Shown in pieces: positions 29,130 through 43,362 of a stretch of 64,000 bases of DNA. Position 1 is the stretch's first letter; each line of letters begins with the position of its first letter. The DNA is from the human T2T-CHM13v2.0 reference genome, Homo sapiens. The position numbers were made by a program, and so were the translations under genes. The notes beneath the pieces are model-generated. The model saw only the letters and a program-made list of their open reading frames with translations, did no database searches and was not told where the DNA came from. The stretch lies in NCBI RefSeq assembly GCF_009914755.1, contig NC_060931.1. One strand, 5' to 3'.

Positions 29130-31013
29130 TTTTTAATTTAATTTTTAAAAATTGACAATAATTTACATTTTCATTGGGTACATAGTGATGTTTTGATACA
29201 TATAATGTATAGTGATCAGATCAGGGTAATTAGCCCATCCTTCATATAAAAACATTTATCATTTCTTTGTGTTGGAAACATTCAATATCTTCCTTCTAGC
29301 CATTTGAAACTATATAGTATAGTATTATTGTTATAGTCTTAATAATATATATAGTATATGTTACATATAATATAGTCTTATTTTCTTAACTATAGTCATC
29401 CTACATTGGTATAAGACACTAGAACTTATTCCTTCCTTCTGGCTGTAATTTTGTGTCTTTTAGCAAATCTCCCCCTATACTTTCCTTCACTACCCTTACC
29501 AGCCTCTAGTACCTTCTGTTCTACTTTTTACTTCTATGACATTGACTTTTTTTAGCTTCCGTATATGAGTGAGAACATGCGGTGTTTAACTTTCTGTCCC
29601 TGGCTTATTTCACTTAAGATAATGCCCTCCATTTCCATCTATGTTGTCACAAAAGACAAGATTTCATTCTTTTTTTATGGCTGAATAGTATTCATTGTGC
29701 TTGTAGACCATATTTTCTTCATCCATTCATCTGTTGTTGAACACCTAGCTTCATTTCCTATCTTAGCTATTGTGAATAGTTCTGCAGTGAACATGGGGTG
29801 CAAATGTCTCTTCAGTATACTGATTTCTTTTCCTTTGGATAAATTCCCAGTAGTGGGATGGCTAGCTCATATGGTAGTTCTATTTGTAGTTTTTTGAGAA
29901 ACCTCCATACTGTTCTCCATAGAACATTCCCACTAACAGTATATAAGAGTTCCCTTTTCTCCACATCCTTGCCAGCATTTGTTATTTTTTATCTTTTTCT
30001 TAATGGCCATCATAATTGGAGTGAAATGTCTTATTGTGATTTTGATGAGAATTTCCCTGATGTTTAGTGATGTTGAGCACTTTTTCATGTTTCTTGGCCA
30101 TTTGTGTGTCTTCTTTTGGAAAATGTCTGTTCAGATCATTTGTCCCCCCGCTTTTTTTTCTTTTAAAGAGACAGGGTCCTTCTCTGTCACTTAGGGTGGA
30201 GTGCAGTAGTGCAATCATAGCTCATTGCAGCTTCAATCTCCTGGGTTCCAGCAGTCCTCCCACCTCAGCCTCCCCAGTAGCTGAGACTACTACAGGTGCA
30301 GTCCCACCATGCCTGGCAAATTTTTTTTTTTAACTTTTTGTGGAGACAGTCTTGCTGTGTTACCCAGATTGGTCTTGAACTCCCTAGCCTCAAGTGATTC
30401 TCCCACCTCAGCTTCCAAACTGCTGGGATTACAGGTAATCAACCATGGCACCTGTCCTCATCGGCCCATTTTTAAATAAGATTGATAGTTTTATCATTGT
30501 TGAGAAGTTTGAGTTCCTTATATATCCTAGATGTTAATCTATTGTCATACAAGTAGTTTGCAAATATTTACTCTCATTTTGTGGGTTGTTCTTTCACTCT
30601 GTTGATTGTTTCACTCTGTTTTCCTGCGTGTAGCTACATTCCTACCCCACTATATAAAAACTCAATTTAAGTCGGTTGGGGAGATGGATTTGAGACTTAT
30701 CTCCCATCTGTACAGAAGCTTTTAGTGTAGAAGCTTTTGGTTTGATATAATCCCATTTGTTTATTTTTACTTTTGTTGCCTGTGCTTTTGATGTCTTATT
30801 CATGAAATCGTTTCCCAGATCAATGTCCTGTGTTTTCTTCTAGTAGTTTTACCGTTTTGGGCCTTATGTTTAAGTCTTTAATTCATTTTGAGGTGATTTT
30901 GTCTAAGGTGAAGCGTGGGAATCTAGTTTTGTTCTTCCGGATAAGAATATCCAATTTTCCCAGCAGCATTTCTTGAAGAGCTTGTCATTTTCCCTTGAGT
31001 GTTCTTGGCACCA
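29130..31013 (-). mobile_element. L1MA-type LINE 3' portion, interrupted by AluJ and by an inverted LTR-derived insert
   Basis: gggtacatagtgatgttttgatacatataatgtatagtgatcagatcagggtaattagc; reverse frame gives [11 protein letters not shown] (ORF2-like). Confidence 0.82.
30152..30457 (-). mobile_element. AluJ
   Basis: gagacagggtcc...gcaatcatagctcattgcagc...cctcccacctcagcc. Confidence 0.88.
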
Positions 31014-31400
31014 TTATCAAAACACTGGGGGTTCAGCCTAGGTTCCATTTGCCTGCTGCACAGAAAGCCAATGACTGAGACAATGAGTTTTGCCAGGGAA
31101 GAAGCCTTTATTTGGGTGCTGCAGCTGAAGAGACAAGAGAAAAGTCTCAAACCCATCTCCCCAGCTGACTAAAATTGGGGGTTTATATAATGCGGAAGGA
31201 ATGTAGCTACATGCGGGGAAAGAGGAATTAGGGAGGAATAAGGAAGAGGAGTTTCAGTTCCATAATGCTGTCAGAGTTCTGAGGGTTGGTTTCCTGAGAA
31301 ACGAACTCAGATAAGACAAATATGTTTCAAGCTTTAAGACTAGGAGATCAATTTCTATGTTTATTTTTTTTAAAAGACCATAAACATCAGTCTTACGGGA
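31014..31400 (-). mobile_element. ERV1 LTR (MER66-like), partial
   Basis: aacactgggggttcagcctagg...cagaaagccaatgactgagac...ctttatt...ctcagataagacaaa...accataaacatcag. Confidence 0.65.
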
Positions 31401-31589
31401 AATCATGACATGTCACTCATGATGTTAACCTTTGTCACATGGCTGAGATAGTGTTTGCCAGTTTTCTCCATTGTAAATTTGCATCCACACTCCCTCTCCA
31501 CTCCTACTTCCATGCTGTACTCTTTGGAAACAAGTCACTAAGCTGAGCTCACACAGAATAGCCAGGGGGAAGGAGGGTCGTGTTGCTTT

Positions 31590-32110
31590 CGATTCATTCA
31601 GCAAATATTTTTGAGCCCTTATTATGTGCCTGACACTCTGCTATGTCCTGGGAATAAGGTGATGTCCACAACCTTGTCCCGATCTTGTAGATGTTCCATC
31701 TAGAGGAGACACACCCCCAAAAGCCAAACACAATTTAACATTTTTAAGTGTTATAAAGGGGACAAACTAGGAAAAATAGGGTGAGACACTGGGGCTGGGG
31801 CTGTAAGGAGGAACTGCCTTATAGGTGGTCGCTGGGAAAGACATTTCTAAGTGGAGCTATTTGCACTGACCTCTGAATAGCAAAAAGCAATTAACCAGGT
31901 ACAGAGAGGGCAAAGGGAACAACAATCCGTGCAGAGATCTTGGGATGGGAAAGAGTGTGGCAAGTTTTAGGAGAGGACAGTGGAACAGCATGGCTGGAGC
32001 AGAGGAAATCTAATGTGGATACAGACATGATGTAAATTTGGAGATAGAGGTCAGCCGCACAGCATGCGGAGGCTTCACTGCCTCTAGCCTCTACTGTTGA
32101 TTTTAAGGAA
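31590..32110 (-). mobile_element. L2 3' end
   Basis: attcattcagcaaatatttttgagcccttattatgtgcctgacact. Confidence 0.7.
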
Positions 32111-32784
32111 GAAAAAAGTTCAAGGGATAATTTTAAAAATTGGATTCCTCTCCTTTTGTCGATATAGGGGCACGTATGTAGGGTATGAGTAGAAAGAAAA
32201 CAGGTGGAAAGAAAATCCTCTGAAATTAGGATAGAACCCAGCATAATTTTGGAAACCCCTTATGTTTATAAAATTAAATTTAATAGGTAAAATTTTCTAA
32301 TGTTTATAAAATAAAAGGTAGTACTTCCAAGCATGATATAATGCTTCCCTGTCTTCTAAATATAAAATAAAAACTTTAAGTTAGTAAAATAACCTATCCC
32401 TCTTCTCCCTCCCATGATGCATATCAGCTCACAAAATTATCTATTTTGGGAAAAAGTTAGATAGCACCTTATTAAAAAAATCACTCCACATATTTTCTCC
32501 TAATTTATTTCTCAGTTCAAAATACTTTAGAGATTAAAATATCTTCAATCAAGTTTAGAATATCTACTAATTTTTGACAAAATGCAGGAAACTTCTAAGG
32601 CATATTTTATTACAGGAAAACTGCTAAAGACAGTAGTGAAAAAACAGATCATATTTAAGAGATTATTTCTATTATTTACAAATAATCATGATATATTATA
32701 CTTTCTTTTCTTTGTTTTTCCATAACTGATTAGTATGACTTTTTCTATTATTGTGTTTTTTTGCAAGTGGAGCATAACATAGGT

Positions 32785-33047
32785 CAAGATTTCACAAACT
32801 TTGTAAAGGGCCTGATGGTAAAAAATGTAGGTTTTGCAGGACATGTGGTTTCTGTAGCAACTACTTATCTTTGTCATTTCGATGAGAAAGCAGCCATACA
32901 TGGTACCTAAATGAATGAGTGTGGTTGTTTTTCATTAAAGCTTATTCATAGATATTGAAATTAGAATTTCAGGTAATGTTCGTATGTCACCAAATATTCT
33001 TCTTTCGATATTTTTCAACCATTTAAAAATGTAGAAGCCATTCTTAG
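32785..33047 (+). mobile_element. MER58B-like hAT element (partial)
   Basis: caaactttgtaaagggcc...gaaagcagccata...tttttcaaccatttaaaaatgtagaagccattcttag. Confidence 0.7.
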
Positions 33048-33299
33048 AATGGAATATGGACTTCTGCTCTCTTTTTAGACTTTTCTTCTATTGTCCACAT
33101 AGAGCCATAACAACAGCAGTTAGCTCTCTAAAGATTCTTCAGTTTACTAGACTCTGTTTTCTCAACCTGGAATATTTCCATTCCCAGTGCCATCACTCCA
33201 TAATCCAACCAGCTTCAACTTTTCTAGCCCTTTCAGGCGTTAAGCATCCTTCCTAACCCTACACTCTGAGGTAAGCATGTCCTCTCATGCTCAAGGAAC

Positions 33300-33845
33300 T
33301 GTGTAAAATGGAATACGTTATAATTACTGTGTTTATACCATATAGATCTACTAAACAGAAAGTTGATAGAAGTTTTCCCAAAATTAACAACAGTCCTAAA
33401 AGTTTACCGACCTTACGAACAATGAGAAGTGAAGCAGAGAAAAAAATTCTAAACTATTAGACATACCCCCAAACCAATGTTCATCGTCATGCTAGAGGAA
33501 AGTCTAAATTATCTCTACATTCTCGTTACAGAAAATGTTACTGTAGAATTGTCATAAGAAGACTTAATTGAAGATTATACAGCCAAATTATAGAAATAAA
33601 TGTATTAGAGAGATTTGTCAGATAATGATAAATGTCAGATAGTTAATTTTACTTTGTTTTCCTGAATGTCAGACTGTTTGTTGCATTTGTTACCTTTTAA
33701 AATTTTGTGATTGCTTTTGACTGATTTGCTCATTTTAAATGCACTTCTATAGCCATTTTTTTAGTTATAATTTTATAATCTTTTTAATAACAAAAACTCC
33801 CAAATTATGTAAGTTTCAATCCTAAAAGATTGTCTGTCTCTGCTT
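33300..33845 (+). mobile_element. hAT (Tip100/Zaphod-like) transposon relic with transposase C-terminus
   Basis: Frameshifted translation EVFPKLTTVLKVY/TLRTMRSEAEK/SKL.../MLEESLNYLYILVTEN...EDLIEDYTAK resembles the hAT dimerisation domain. Confidence 0.65.
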
Positions 33846-35598
33846 GTACTGACAACAAATTGTCAATTCTGCTTAAAATTTTGTTTTGAATTGTGATGAA
33901 AAAAATCATTCATATACCTGAGACATAAATTAAATTGGGAAATGTTGAGTTCAAAAAATAGAAAAATGTGTGAGCATAGGTGGGTGTTTATGTATTACCT
34001 TACTGGGTAACTAATCCTAAAATAAGAGTTTGAGCATACTGCATCCTGTGACACCTTTGATTGTAAGCTTTTGTGACCAGTTCTTATTCTTGAAAAATTT
34101 AGACTAAGTGGGTGATAATTACATAATTATTCAAATTCTCAAAAGAAGGAACAAAGGAGACATTTCCTGATATAAGATTATATATCATAAATTATAGTGC
34201 TTAAGCAGATGAATTTTTTTTCTCAGTAAACCATTCAGTGCAGTCAATTTAATCCATTGAGAGAGGGAGCATGGGGCTAATGGAGGGTAGAAAGAGGTGG
34301 GGGGAAAGCAGACACTAGTTTCTTCATATTAAATTGAAGAGCTCTTATTGCTGTGTGGCAATAAGGCAGTCCAGTAATAAGGAATTCTGTTATATTCATA
34401 TGTTGATATGTTTTATACACATACTTTTTAATTTTCTTGTACATTTTATCTCTTGTTGTGAGTCCTTTAAGTATAATTCTCTCAGCTTCTTTAGTACATC
34501 CTCGAGCATCTTTGAAAAAGATGACGTCATAGGAAACATCCACTAGAAATGAAAATCCAAGTCTTAGCCAGCTAAGCAGATAAGAGCTTATAAAAATGCT
34601 ACATCATTTCATTCCAACTGAATAGAATTGCAGCATAGAATAGATTTGTCTTTTAATCATTCTAAGTAACATATTATGGAGATGATATAGACTAAACACA
34701 AGTAGTGCTAAAATAAATTCTATAAGTAGTTCTGGCAATGTAATAGTTATTTTTCTAGCCAGCCTAGCTGTGTACATAATGGGGGTGGCTATGGCTTCTG
34801 CTGAGGCTCTTCACACTCAGAACTGCAGCTTATGGTGGGAAAAAGGAAGGCCAAAAAGTAGAGAGCAGAGAGGATACACTGAGTGTAAAAAAGGAAGGTG
34901 CAGGTAGCTATTTAAGATCCAAGGTATTTTATTGTATAAACTAAAATAAGAAGAAAATAGTCTTAGAAAAGAATTCCTGACAGAAAAATTTGGAAAGCCA
35001 CCGTACTAAAAATTTAAGTAGACTTAACCAGACATCTGAAGCCCTAATATTTATAAGCACATCATTGCATTCTAATATCTTAATAAAATAATTCTCTTGA
35101 TACCTATGTTGTCTCTCAAATCTAAAATGAAAACAACTTGTGTAAAAACCCATCTACCTAGAACACTGGTTTGAAATTAGTTCTTTACTACTTAAATAAA
35201 ATTACATCCTATGATATAAAATGGCATTTGTTTGTTTTTAGTCATTATAACACTGTATACTATTGGTGTTTACTTTGAATAAGAATCATGTGGTACAATA
35301 GGGAAGCAATTTCTGCAAATACATTACTTCTTTAATTCAAAACATTGTTTATATACAATTGTGATAACAACTGGAGTAGCTTTAGAGAAGTAGGTCACTT
35401 GGTCTTAACCCCTAGGTTTATGAAGTAAATTAAAGACACAAGTGTTTGCTTGCCCTAAATTGAGTATGGGGGTGCAGGAGTGGAAGAAGTGTCCCAATAT
35501 GTTCGTGGTTTTATTAGAATACTTGCAAGAAACATAAACCCATTCAAATAGAGCCAATGTTAAAAATCTGGAGAATTTCCAGGAGGTGGAGAGTTCTA

Positions 35599-35643
35599 GA
35601 AACAAAACAAAACAAAACAAAACAAAACAAAACAAAACAAAAC
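35599..35643. repeat. (AAAAC)~9 microsatellite
   Basis: Direct reading. Confidence 0.92.
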
Positions 35644-36209
35644 ACTGGATCATCTGAACATCTAAGCCTCCAGAAGTCAAGAACCAAGTCATTTCAGGGG
35701 ACTTCATCTGCAGGAATGTGTAGCCATTCATGCTACTTCCCTGACACTAATGTGACTTAGCCATCTACATATGCTAGTTTCTTACCATACTGCCCCATTC
35801 TCCAGAGTCCCGGCAGAAGTATCTAATTGGCTGTCTGTCCATACTATGGATTGGTTATTCCTGTTGGGCTTGGTGCAAGCTGCAGTGGTCTGGGAGGCAA
35901 GGTCTTTTGATTTACTGGACTAACTTGCTAGGTGGGAACTGTGAGCATGGCAGGTCAAGCTGCGAAAGAATGTCAAGCATGGTAGATGGCTCATAGAGTA
36001 ATCCATAAGCTCATAAGGGGAGCAATTCTGTCTGCTGAAAGATCCATGAAAGGCATCACAGAGGAGATGCATTTAAACAGGATTATAGTGGTTGAGTTGG
36101 AATTTGCTATCAAGAGTAAATAGGCGAAGAAGGAGGGTACTCTAGATAGTGAAGCAATTTGAGCCAAATGGTACAGTTTTATGCCTGGCACTCAGGTAGA
36201 TCAGTCTGG

Positions 36210-36379
36210 CTCAGCGATTCTCACTGTAGCTGCCCTGAATCATCTGAGCAGCCCATGTGGATGCCTGGGCTCCAACCTAGATAAAATGAAACAGGATCTC
36301 TGGGGTTTGTGGTCAGAGATATGCAGTTTCTTAACCTTCTCCAGATGATTCTAATGCAAAGAGGATTGAGAACCACTGA
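36210..36379. mobile_element. MER5A-like MITE
   Basis: cagcgattctc...gaatcatctg...gatgcctgggctcca...ccagatgattctaatg...ttgagaaccactg. Confidence 0.7.
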
Positions 36380-36672
36380 ATGTCTAGAGACTACAATACT
36401 TTATAAGTTTGTGAAATATAATTGGAAAAGGATACTTGAACATGACTTGAGGACTCTTATACATCAGGCTAAGGACTTAACTGGATTCTATAAGTAATAG
36501 CACTAGAATGTGCTATTTTATTGGTTTCCACTCTTTTCTGAGCCCAGTATAGTTGCATCTATTTAGAGTTCTTTCAGGGCAGTAGATGGGGGCAGGGGGA
36601 GTGGGTAGGTTATGGGATCTAGGTGTACGTCACCTAGATAGCTCATGGTGCTCATTAAAAATACTGCTTATC

Positions 36673-37841
<1,169 letters not shown>

Positions 37842-37957
37842 AGGAAACAGTTTACTCACCGCTTCTCTTCTGTAGGAGTGGATATTCTAATTCCAGATTT
37901 AGTTTTCCTAAGCAGAATATATTGAAGTTTTGTAACGATTCTTTCTTCTCTCTCTAG

Positions 37958-38051
37958 GGGAGTAGGTTGCATCTTTGTTGAAATGATCCAAGGAGTTGCT
38001 GCTTTTCCAGGAATGAAAGACATTCAGGATCAACTTGAACGAATATTTCTG
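37958..38051 (+). CDS. CDK14: CDK14 coding exon (94 nt; subdomains IX-X)
   Basis: ctttcttctctctctag|GGGAGTAGG...TTTCTG|gtaagt. TG+G completes the Trp codon from the previous exon, then GVGCIFVEMIQGVAAFPGMKDIQDQLERIFL. Confidence 0.96.
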
Positions 38052-38321
38052 GTAAGTCCTTTACAGAGTATTTCTAAGAAAAATTGGTTTCTAATTAGTC
38101 ACTTAGTGACAAATTCTACAGCAGTCTGTGGAAAAATAATTTAAAACAAAATTTGTTGTCACATTTGGTTCTAACATATTTTGGACCTTTGAAAAAGCAG
38201 GAAATCAGTTAAGAATTATGTTTTTATACTACTGTACGTGAATAACATGTCAAAGTGGTAAGAAGGAATGGGGTGGGAGAGGCAATATAGAGAAAGTAAT
38301 GGGTTAAAAATGAAGGTTCTG

Positions 38322-39000
38322 ACAGAATAATTCCAAATAATTGCTATATAGATACTCCCTCCCCATCATGTAGGTGGAGCTTAACTCCCCCGTCCCCCTT
38401 GACTGTGAGCTTTGATAACTTTCTTCCATAAAGCAGAGCAGGGAGAGTGGGAAGATGGTGACTTTACAGTGGAGACACCAGTTAAACAGTACTTCCGTCA
38501 GGTTTTCAAGGCTATCATCATCAAAGATAAGTCATGTTAGTGGGCTGTACCCTTGATATGATGTGTTGATAATGGCACCTCACCTCTGTGGTCTTCCTCC
38601 CCAAACCATAGCCCCAGTTAAATCACAAAAAATATATCACACAAGCCAAAACTGACAGACATTCTACAAAATACATGACTGGTAGTCTTCAAAACTGTCA
38701 AGGTCATCAAAAACAAGGAAAGTTCGGGAAACTGGCATAAACCACAGGAGACTGGGGAGACATGACAAGTCAATGTTATGTGGTCTCCTGGATGAAATAC
38801 TAGAAAGGAAAAACATTATTAAGTATGTTGTTAATATCAATATACCAATGTGAATTTCTTAGCTGTGTCAGTTGTACCATATTATGTAAGATTTTAATTA
38901 GAGAGAGAAACTGGGCGAGTGGTATACATGAGCTCTCTGTATTATGTTTTGTAACTTTCCTGTAAATCTAAAACTATTCTAAAATTAAAAGCTTATTTAA
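38322..39000 (+). mobile_element. L1MC/L1MD-type 3'UTR
   Basis: ttcaaaactgtcaaggtcatcaaaaacaaggaaag...gtaactttcctgtaaatctaaaactattctaaaat. Confidence 0.75.
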
Positions 39001-39024
39001 ACTTTTGAAAATGTGTAAAATGTA

Positions 39025-39260
39025 AGTGTTCTGGAGCCAGACTATCTGGGCTTATCACCCTTCTCTGTCATGTTTTAGCCATGGGACTTTAAGCAAGGGG
39101 CTTATTAGTTCTCTGAGCTTTAGTTTTCTCATGGGTGAAATGAGGGATAATAACAGCACCTTCTTCATAGGTGGCTTTGAAGAATAATTGACTAATATAG
39201 TTCTTTTAGGACTCTGCTTGGCATATAGTAAATACTTTACATATATACAAATCGTTGTTA
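39025..39260 (+). mobile_element. MIR
   Basis: ctggagccagactatctggg...tctgagctttagttttctcatgggtgaaatgagggataataacagcacc. Confidence 0.7.
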
Positions 39261-42200
39261 TTTTAATTACATCATTTTATGCCAGATATTCAGTAGAGCT
39301 TCCAGTAGAGCTAATATTCATATAAACCTATAATTTAAAACATGAAATCAGAGTTAGACAAATTAAGTAAGCACAACGTTTAAATACAGCTATCATATTA
39401 AGAATACAATCTGCAGTAGAACGTAGCGATACAAACTGAGGCCCCATCACTATTGTATTCCCTTAATGTCAGCAATAAAATGGTAAGAAAAGAAGACTGG
39501 AAACTAGGAAATTAAAGCACATGTGATTCCTCTATGCAGTAGCCTATATCCCTGTGAGTCGCTGTGTGCTAACAACAAATGGACAATCAGCAAAGTCCCT
39601 AACATAGAAACCATCCTCAAAGTGTTGTCCTGTTGGTTTTGTTCTTTCAGAAACCATCTGTATCCACTTCCTTTCAATTTTATTTTATTCAATATGTATA
39701 AATTCCCACACACAAATGTTAACATGATTATAAAAATAGTGTATTTTTATAATGGAAAATTCCTACAGTGTCAAAATGAAAAAAAGCTGAAAAATCACCC
39801 TTTGTCCTACTACCCAGAGAAAACCACATCTAGTATTTGGACATATATCTTCTATAGAGTTTTTCTATATGTATTTGAAAAAATTGAATCATATCTTGTA
39901 TATTCTTTTGGAACCAGCTATTTCCACTAAACAATTTGTAATTAACACCTTTCAATGAAAAATAAATTCAGAAACCTATCATTCTTAATGACTGGGAAGT
40001 GTTTCATTGTATGGATGAGACATTATTTACTTAACCAGCCCCATATTGATAGCTTGTTTTCAGTTTTTCATTATAATAAAATGCTGCCAGAAACTTTCAT
40101 TGCACAATCATCCTGTTAGTTAAGAATAATTATTAGAATAAGAAGTCCTTATTTCAATAAAATTTAATTTTTATAGATGTAGACTATTTGTTCATATCCA
40201 TCCCTTCATTTAAACTCATGAAACCTACTCCCAAGAAAATCTCTTATTCACTTTATTGAGATTGTACTGAGTCTATGGAAATAATACAAAATTGTACTTT
40301 CCTATCCACGATTAAATTATTCAATTTTATGGCTGTTAGCATAAATGTACAGTTTGTATAAACATGTTTGGTTTTTTGTTCTACTCAAGACTTTACTTTT
40401 ATTCAATTATTTTAAATAACTTTTTCACAATAAGTTTCTTAAAAATATAAACTGTTCCATATATTTTGTATTGACAAAAATGGCCAAGAGAGAACTTTAA
40501 TGGGCTGTAGTTTATATAAATTTTTATGCAAAGACATATCTCCAAATATTTAGCATTTTTATTTACATAAAGCTCATGTATAATGATAATAATAGTATAA
40601 CCAAATTATATTCTGATAATTTTCTGAACTTTAGACTCCACTTTTCAGCCTCTGATAGCTGTTGAACAACAATAATGTAACTTGTCAAATTACTGATTTA
40701 TGGTAGAATTATTACTGTACTGTATTTGAAAGCAGAAAACTTTAAAAAGGGAATTATACTGAAAAGAAAGAGCTCAACTTACATATTACTTTAGGTTGAA
40801 TTATAAAGGAAAAGAAATTGTTATATAACTGAGATATATTATACAGCAACAGAACAAAAAGGTGAGTTTTATAAAAGCATAATTTATTGACATAGCTTTG
40901 TCAAAGCTTTCATTTGAAATCTTTGTTTAACAGAAGTAATTTCTGTTGGGTAATATCTTGTTGGATTATTTCTTGTATGAAATTTTTGCTATTATTTTTT
41001 AATTTTATGGCATTAGTTTCCCAATTTTATGGGTATTCAGAGACCTTTGAGCTATGACTAGGCTTTTAATAAGTCAGATAAATAAATCATTTTAAATTTC
41101 CCATGGGATTATTGATACACTAAACTACCATTGCTCTTGTTAGAGTACAGAGACCCTCAAATGCAGATAAGCATCATGATTTATGGCAATAATTCTTTCA
41201 TTTACTGTAGTTATTTTACATGTCTAATGCCTCTTACAATAAAATGTCCTTTGATAATTAGGAAATGAAGATCATCATCTATATAAAATTACTGCTGTAG
41301 AATTAAATGATGCTATGTTTTGCCCTGAAGAATTAGACAAAGCCAGATAAAGAGAAATCTAAAGAATTCTTTTGACATTAAATGTTATCAACTTAAATAT
41401 TTTATTTTCTCCACTGAATTGTTTAAATTTGCAAATATTAGCTATATTATCACACAAGTAGACTCTCTCAAGACTGGTGTGATCCTTGGAGGAGGAAATT
41501 TTATAAACCCAGTATGGTTAAATCACTGAGAAAAAAAAAATGCTTTTCCTCTGTGACCTTTTATGTCTAATCTTGGGAGGAATGACTATTAAATAGTAAT
41601 TAGATCCACTTTAACAGGCCTGTAGTATAAACTGCCAGAGACTCTTTTCTAAAGTGGCAATTGTATATCTGGCCTCTGGTAAAGCATTGCCAAGGAGATA
41701 ATCAACTTTGTAAAGTCATGAAACATGGGATTATTTGGTTTGTTTTGTGTTTTAATACAAGGATTAAGTTCATTCATTTGCCTGTGAACTGTACATAGAA
41801 AGGTAGTTAATAACTTTGAAGCACAAAATTAATAGCTTGTTACCCAAGACAGCTAATATAATTAGCTCCCACACACTGAGTCTTTATAAAATATGTGAAA
41901 GGAAATAAAGATCGGTTAGTAAAAGTCTTTATGTTTTTCTTTCTAAGGTTCTTTTTTCCCTATTCTCTTTTTTTCTTCCTTTGGTTGAAGGGAGCAGTTC
42001 ACAATTTTAACAAGTTCAGTGAATTCATTTCTGGAACATAATAACCATGTTCATATGTATATAAGGTGAGCTGGGATATGCTACAATCTGAAATTTCACT
42101 GTTAAATCATTTTCCTTGACATTGTGATACATGCAAGAAAGGAAGGAAGATGATGGAATTTTGATGAATTATATTCAAGACATTTTGAATTGGCAGGTAA

Positions 42201-42807
42201 ATAGGCACCTAATTCTCCAAGCAGTAACTCTGCTCTTAGGTGGAAAGAGTATTTATTTTCACTTCTTTAGCATTACCCAGTTTTTAATGTGGCATGGTGT
42301 ATTCTATTCACCTCCATTAGTTGCAAAATAAGCAGCAAATGCATTCATCCAGGTGAATATATATTCAGAGTGACAAAATCACAACTAATAAAAAATTTGT
42401 ATTCTAAACATATTATTCTGAATTGAAAAAGAAGGGTACTTGTACAACCCTGGGAATATGTTTCTCTCTCACTTCAAAACAGCTGAACAAATGGCAGGGA
42501 ATGCTTGCACAGCTGTCTGAAACCTTTGGCAGATGCTTCTGGGTCTCTGTGGCTCATGGCCCATTGTGTGTGACAGTCATGACAGAGGAGCTGGAATGAT
42601 TCTGTTTTTCAGATCTGTTCTTTTTCTCTCTGCATTTGAACGTTGATAACCCTGACAAATCACACCTTTCCTTGTCTCCTGGGTCTCCTGGCTTATAATG
42701 AAATTTCATCCACTGGTTGTTAAACTATTGTGCATTATTTGACTGGTACAATTGTTAAAATAGTCCTCTTCATCAATATATGCCATTCAGAATTTGAGTG
42801 TGTTTGT

Positions 42808-42813
<6 letters not shown>

Positions 42814-42849
<36 letters not shown>
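42814..42849. repeat. (GT)18 microsatellite with imperfect 5' extension
   Basis: Direct reading. Confidence 0.95.
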
Positions 42850-42852
<3 letters not shown>

Positions 42853-43236
42853 GAGCCACATGCAACTTTGAAAGCTACTATAGTACTCAGTCTGGCTTTT
42901 GAGTTGGATTATTCCTTAAGCCGCTGTGCTTTGCATTAAACTGACTGTGGAGGTATAGTTTGCAGATTCAGTTCCTGTCCTTGTTTCCTCCACATGGCTC
43001 CGATTCCAGGGTCTTTAGAACTGGAACCATAATCCTGCAGCTTCATGATTGGTTAGGGAAGCCTTGTAGAATGTAAGGGAAAGCTGATATCACCTCCTTG
43101 ATGGTTATTACCATTCAAGTGGATGTATTATAACAGCCACATGGTTAGGATGGAATATTGCTGTCACAGATTTGTATCATCATTACCATTACTGGATTTG
43201 CTTTAGGTTATTTCTGCCATACTACTTCAGCAGTTA

Positions 43237-43362
43237 CTCTGTAGCACTAGGTACAATGAAGACATAAAAGAATTATGTGTCATGGTGTCAGCCTGTAGTC
43301 TCTGTAGCACTAGGTACAATGAAGACATAAAAGAATTATGTGTCATGGTGTCAGCCTGTAGT
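43237..43362. repeat. Perfect 63-bp tandem duplication
   Basis: 43237-43299 is identical to 43300-43362. Confidence 0.97.

Noticed and set aside
43237-43362. 63-bp repeats as CRISPR-like or a coding repeat
   Set aside because: Only two adjacent copies with no spacer, no splice context and no supporting ORF.
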